Assembly: GCA_022813965.1 (NCBI GenBank)
Contig: JALDZS010000205.1
Coordinates: 1 to 40,733 of the forward strand
Direction: 5' to 3'
Source of the DNA: Toensbergia leucococca
Lineage: Eukaryota
DNA: 40,733 nucleotides
The position numbers were made by a program, and so were the translations under genes. The notes beneath the pieces were generated by a model, which was not told the DNA's origin, did no database searches, and saw only the letters and a list, made by a program, of their open reading frames with translations. Positions 34,791-40,733 of the stretch are shown here, piece by piece. How positions within the stretch are numbered: the first letter of the stretch is position 1; each line of letters starts with the position of its first letter.

Positions 34791-36079
34791 TAATTGTAGT
34801 CTTCGCCAATAGTCTTTGACATTGCGCATTAGCAATTTAGGCAAACATTGAATCTAGATCTGGAATGGCATCTACCACTGAATTCGAGATGCAGTGGTAT
34901 ATACGTGCACAGAATTGTCTCGGCGATCTCTTAAGATAGACCGCTCTATATAAACATCGCAGAATCGTTTGGGTACATGTGCTTCACGCTCAGATCCTTT
35001 TCTCTAAGGCCTCGGAGTGGAGGAAGAACTCGAGAACTCAATGATGAGGGTTTGAAACCCGTCGTTTAATTCGACCCAAAAAGCGCCTTCAACGGCTGGG
35101 AAGTATGACGACTCATCAGTGTCCACAACCGGGTTCTCTCCGGTATTTATAACGTAGCCTCTATCTCCTCCACGTTCTCTCCATCCTCCTGCTTGAAAAC
35201 AATCTCACTGCTCTCTGTGGATCAAAAGACGAAGATAGCGGAGGCGTGTGCGCACTGCAGAAGTAGCGAAGACGACGGCCAAAATATCTCGCGAGCCAGC
35301 TTTCCGAGGTCCATTGAAATCTTCCAGCAGCCCGCCTGCTTCTCATATCTAGGATCTTTCACCAGACAGCCCTCCACGGGAGCCAGGATCTTTCAGTCCC
35401 CACGCCCAGCACTCACAGCTACCGTCTTCACACAGCAAAACGGAGTTAAAACTCCTGCTGGCTGATTGACCATTGCCCTTCGATGGGCATTCTCTCCGCG
35501 CTCCCTCAGTAACTTTCACCATTGCTCTCAGCTTCAGCAGAGCTCCCTTCTCTTTCTTCCTCTCCTTCTCCTTCTTCATCTACTTCTCCATCATCCCCTT
35601 CTTCCCCTTCTTGGTCTTTAATCCGCCGAGATAGCGATGACTTCAAAATACAGAACAGGTACGGTGGTAAACATAGGCCTCAACCTCATCGTGCATTCCA
35701 CCATATCTTCTTCCAAGGGACGTCATCATGCCTGACTCCTGCAAATGAGTTCCGCAATCTTATTGTGGCTCATCGAGGTTTTCATTGTTGCTCTTCCATG
35801 AAACACCTGGGCATAGAAATCTAAATGAGAATCTATGACCGTCTACTTCAAGAGTCACATAGTTCTTTGGCCTCCAGGCGACACTCATAAGCTGTCACCA
35901 TCAATGGGAAAATGATGAGAAGGGAACCGAAGACGCTTCCCTCTTTGTGTAGCTCCGTACATTAATTCTCAACAAATCATACTCCTCGAATTTGAGAAGG
36001 TCTTGCAGGTAGCCATTGTTCTCGGAGTGGTTTTTTGCGGCATCGGTAGACGTGTGGTTAGAGAGCATTTCCAGTTACT

Positions 36080-36150
36080 GGATCTTGGTCTTCTTCCCAA
36101 GCAAAACCTGACAGGTCTCTAAGTATTTTCAATTCCACTTGCTGCCACCG
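36080..36150 (-). pseudogene. Possible Myb/SANT-like (PIF/Harbinger accessory protein type) fragment
   Basis: RWQQVELKILRDLSGFAWEEDQDPVT resembles the LxxxSGFGWD motif of Myb_DNA-bind_3 proteins. Only one short motif supports this. Confidence 0.3.
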
Positions 36151-38519
36151 ATTTTGCAAGATAACGAGTCAAGTGAACTTTCGAGGGCAGAGCCACTCTG
36201 TATGATTTTTCTAACGACGCATTGCCAACAGTACGGAGCTTAGATTAGATGCGTAAAGCTGTTTGTCGGCTTGCGTACTTTTTCCCTCTACGATTCAACC
36301 ACGGCCACCAGCTTCGCTTTCGGCCCCTCATTCTCCAGCCAACCCAAGCCTTTCTTGCTCTGTCTTCCTGCTTTGTATTCCTCGCCTTATCTTCGTTGCC
36401 TTCCTCCTCCCTCTATAACTCAGACCTCTCCCTCGCTAAAACCTGTACGCAAATGTTTCTCCATTAGGCTCATTGGTATCATAACCACCGAGAACCGTCA
36501 CAGGAAATGTAACCTCTCACTATACCAGTCCGCGATGAACTATTTTGTCGTTGGGAGTCTTGTCTTCCTTGGTTTTAACACGATCCGTTGAAAGAACTTG
36601 GAGAAATCGCCGCAACACTAATGCGAGGTTCAGATTAGGAAATGATAAAAATACCTTTCCCTTTGCCCCAGATACCTATGGGCACGCCTGGGTGTTCACC
36701 TAACAATCTCAACTGCCTTCATCATCTCAGAACAGAGTTACGACGATTCTTCTCTGATAAGGGCTGGCGCTACTGATCCCCTTTTTGTCTCTCTTCGCAA
36801 CCTGCTCTGCCAAGCGGCATGTTTGTCGCCCTGGCTCGGTGGGCTACTGGAACGTCTTCTCTTTCTTTGCTCCTGATTTGCTCTACTACGAAGAGAAGAT
36901 CCTTCTTCGGGAGGACCCAGCTCCCTCGTTTGTCCACGGTGCAGTGACTTTTCTTTGTTTGGCATTTTGTGAATTCTGTTTCGTTGGATAGAACCATTTG
37001 GCTTCGAGAGCGTCTGATCTACGAGAAGTCGGAGAGAGTGATTTTCTTCTTCAATCCAATGCGAGGTACTCTGCTTATCTTTCAAATCTTCAGTGTTGAA
37101 TGAAGGGACTTCTTAAATGGAGCTGTAGTAGTCTCTCATCGGTAGAGGTTATAATGAATTCTGCCTTACGATCTCATGGCATTTAGGCCTATGTCTCGGA
37201 AATCTAGGACTACCAACGTTCGGCTCTTTCTATCCACGAAAGGGCTCGGCCAAAGCTAGATCATGACTAGGTTGGCGGTCTGCTGACCGTAAGCGCTATG
37301 TTCGACCAGGGAGATGAGACACATCTTGGCTTTGGAAGAGTGGTTTCAGGGCCTTGTCGATGTGAATGGGTGAGCATGATTCTCCACCCGCATAGACGAG
37401 TGTTTATTCGAGTCTGGGGAATATGGAGATATGAGTCGGCCTTCATAGTTGTGCTGTGTAATCCCCATTCTGGAAGACATTTTGACCTTTGCTTTGATCT
37501 CAACAATGATCAAATGTGACTATTGGCGAGGCGCGCTCTAATTCAATTCGACAACTCTGAACAGTGAGTTATCTAAAGATTGTACACCGAGCCGCTTCCA
37601 TTGCAGTCGGTGCATGTTCCCATTGCATAGGTCGGGCAATTTAGTGCCCGTAGTTCGACTTAACCCTGAGCAAGATAGTACCGGATTAAATACTCCACAG
37701 AGAAAGTACCCAGCTAAGGTCTTGTCTGATTGTCTCTTCATACCGTACTCTTCCGAAGGGCATTTGGCCCTTACTTACAAGTTTTTCTTCTTGATCCACA
37801 ATTGTATACCCCGGTCCTGATTTGCTAGGGTTTTCGCACTACCTCCGCCTTAACGATAGCGGCCAATCGTTTTGCCTTCCTCACCAATCTTGATGTCGTG
37901 CTGGTTTTGTTGGCAGGAGACAGAAAGGAATGCTTTGTGCTCGTCTGTCCAATCAATAGGAGTTTCTCATGCGGAAGCACTCATGATGCCTAGCATTGGT
38001 TTGGAAGAATGCGGGTGTATTATGGTGAATGAGAGATGCGTCTTTCCCCTCGGCAGTCTCACACCGATCAGATTGCTCACATCTGATAATTTGTTCACTC
38101 GTACACCAGTACGCCCATGGCACAAGTATCTGATCGTGCGATGGTATCTTCGGTGCTGGTTCTAGCTGCGCTATTTTTCGATCTGATCGCACCTTCCAGG
38201 TATGAACCTCAGCTCATTCGTGCTCATATCTAACATAGAACTGCGCCTCACGAGGAAGCTGGAAGGGACGTGTCTGGAGTAGGAATCTGCCCAGACGCTT
38301 CAAAAGGTCCCGAGGTGTACCACCCAGCGCCAGATACACCTCCACTCCACGAGGCTCGTGATGCTCGGTAGCAAGCACAACAACCTGGTGATTGCCGTTC
38401 GGAATGGTCCTACACTTAGCTATGCCATCCATGAACGTCCAACGGGTCATCACACCAGCGGCAGCATCAAGATTCAACTGCGTGTCCGTAACATGATTGA
38501 GATTGCCACCAGACATGTC

Positions 38520-38760
38520 GCACACCACCACCCCGTGTCGGTTCATCCAAGTTTTTCCCAGGATAATATCATGTTGACCTAAGGTGGTGATCAACATAGG
38601 ACGGAAATCTGAGAATGGTTGGCCTGAAGGCCTATGAGAAATTGATGGGTGATGAGAGTGCTGTGTTCACCGTTAAGCCTTCGGATGGGTTTCGATTTCA
38701 TTACAAGAATGGGGGAGATGGAGAACGATTCACAGGGAGAGTGCGCAGCGATTGTGTACT
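38520..38760 (-). mobile_element. Ty3/Gypsy aspartic protease fragment (C-terminal half, frameshifted)
   Basis: CESFSISPILVMKSKPIRRLNGEHSTLITH... then, after a frameshift, PMLITTLGQHDIILGKTWMNRHGVV, containing the retropepsin DxILGxxW motif. The catalytic D(S/T)G and RT are absent. Confidence 0.8.
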
Positions 38761-40144
38761 AGAGTCAGCGACTGCATGAATTGTATCGAAAGAAGTCAAT
38801 CGTGTGATGAGAAGGATTAAAGAGGTAAAAATCCTCAGTGAAGTCATCAGACAGAGTTCTTAGTTTTTTCTCCGCGGTAAGCATGATGAGCTTAGTTTCA
38901 AGCTGTCTAATCTCTTCTTTGCCTTCTGTCACATTCTTTGTCAATGAATGCGTGAACCTGAGTGAAGCAAAGGCACTTCTCGTGACAGTGCGTATACTAG
39001 GGTTCAATCCCACGGAGCTGAAAGGATGTTGTCGATATTCGCCCTAGGTGTAGATGTAGACCAGGTCTCTGCACTCAAATCAGAGCATATGTTCGATGTG
39101 CAGACTGAAATATCCCGAACGTCTGCGTCCTACCCATTCATTGATACATCTGGTCTTCATCCAGAAATTCTTAACTGGGTAATTGCCATAACTCTGATGC
39201 TCCACTGTACTCATTGTACTTGACATTAAAGTACGGTATCAGTCGTATGAATCCTCCGCTAGGATATCTTCTTGCCATCTCTGCAATGAAAGTATAGTGT
39301 GGCGGAGTTTCCGGCTCTTGCGTTTGGCGACTAGAGCACGAAAGAAATTCCAATGCCTTTTCCTGCCGCTCAGGAACATGGTTCGAACTACCGCTAACGG
39401 TAAGATCAAACAGACCACGAGTAAATCGTGATCGTGGTGCTACACCAAAACTGGTATAATTTGCAGCCTTGGTCTCAACCTCGATAGGTGTCAAAGGCGC
39501 AGTGTTAGAGACCCATCTTTCAACTCTTGGAATATGGTCGGAGATGCGACTATAGGCACCTCCACACAGGGTTTTTGAATCGCCTGCTGCCGTTGGTTGT
39601 AACAGTCACAATGACTTCTGTTGTAGTCTTTGTGATTGTGACATTCTCACCAGTTGAAGGATCAAAATTTCCTTTACCAGGGTTTTGAGGAGGCGGAGGA
39701 TCTGCGGTTTAAGTCCTCTGCTGCTTCGGATCTTGTAGAGGACCTTTGCAAGGCCAATGGTCCGAGTCTTTATCCTATGACGCATTAGAGAGAGAGCAGC
39801 GTACTTTCAATGAATTACTTACAGTCTCGGTTCGATGACCATTGCTGTCAGCTGTATAGGCAACACCTCTTGCGGGGTGGTCGTATTGGACTCTAGCGGG
39901 TAAGCCTGATTAGGAATCTCTTGCGGCTCATCATCCTTCCCATTACTGAACATCTTTTCCCGGTCTCGTGGATGTTCGACTCAGCAGTTGGATTCAACTC
40001 CAGGTGAGTAGGGGACGCAGAAGGGTTTCGCGCAATGAGGCAAGGCGGGAATGAAAGATTGGCACAGTTCAACCTGTCCATATCAAAAGATTGGAAATGT
40101 AGCCGTCTGTGGCACCATTCCTGGGCTTATAGCCCAAGAGTAGA

Positions 40145-40367
40145 TCACGACTTATACATGATCCTCTTTCATACGTGAGCCTCTTGTAATCACATCCTTG
40201 GATGCTGTCTTCCAGACTTGCGCCAAGTCTCTTTCTCTTTAACTCAATGATGACGTGTTTCTGCTGCTAAATGATGTCCTGCTCGGTCACGATTCATATG
40301 TGATTCTCATTCACACGTGAGCCCATTGCAACGACATCCTTAGATGCTTCCTTCCAGGCTTGCGCCA
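40145..40367 (-). repeat. Two diverged 81-bp direct repeats (40145-40225, 40287-40367) within a decayed ORF
   Basis: Ungapped manual alignment gives 16 mismatches in 81 nt. Minus-strand translations: AQAWKEASKDVVAMGSRVNENHI*IV and AQVWKTASKDVITRGSRMKEDHV*VV. Confidence 0.85.
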
Positions 40368-40733
40368 CATCTATACCAATTTTCTCGTAAAGGTGTGTAC
40401 CAGTCGTATAGTTTCGCATATTTCACTAACGGTTCTTTCGGATCCTCACGCTTCTTGAGTATCAATTTCACCATTCCTGAGTTTTCGGCCTCATCCTGAA
40501 TGGTTCTTTCGCTCCGCTTTGGATTAATGATTAGGTCACCAATTCATTCTTCGAACAACATGTCGGATCGCATCGTCATTGCGATATGAATGAATTGAAT
40601 GGGCTCTTGAGCACAGCTAAGAAATTTATTTGGAAGAAGCTGGTGATGTGCCAGGATGCTGAGCATTCGAAATTCCGCCACTATCCTTCACCCGCCCTAG
40701 ATCCTTCTTCACTCACCCACTCCAAAGGCCATT

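Noticed and set aside
37585..37620. DnaJ-type CxxCxGxG zinc motif (CTDCNGSG, minus strand)
   Set aside because: It is a single isolated motif followed by a stop, with no J-domain; it may be chance.

Overview
Eukaryotic DNA from a filamentous ascomycete, judged from GT-AG introns with CTRAC/CTAAC branch points, RIP-like decay and fungal-type proteins. The window has three zones. (1) 1-~1750 is AT-rich, CpG-poor decayed repeat DNA with a 4-copy tandem array and LTR-like ends. (2) ~3000-27600 is a core gene block: a multi-TM hypothetical protein (-), a ~2040-aa DH-BAR-SH3 RhoGEF (+), an NF-X1/FAP1 RING-Zn-R3H protein (-), a BEM46/ABHD13 hydrolase (-), an intron-containing tRNA-Ile(TAT), proteasome beta1 PRE3 (+) and a Pho80/Pcl-family cyclin (+), with a few pseudogenes between them. 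(3) ~29400-40733 contains no intact gene I can recognise. It is a collage of short, stop-riddled fragments, and every one I could read lies on the minus strand: a kinase-like piece, a Helitron Rep (HUH) relic running in frame into an UPF1/ZNFX1-type helicase motif, a coiled-coil gene, a gag-like/LTR-PBS relic bounded by a 19-bp direct repeat, a possible Myb/SANT piece and a Ty3/Gypsy protease. This co-oriented fragment array is the most unusual feature. All family assignments come from manual translation and remembered motifs; no database searches were run.
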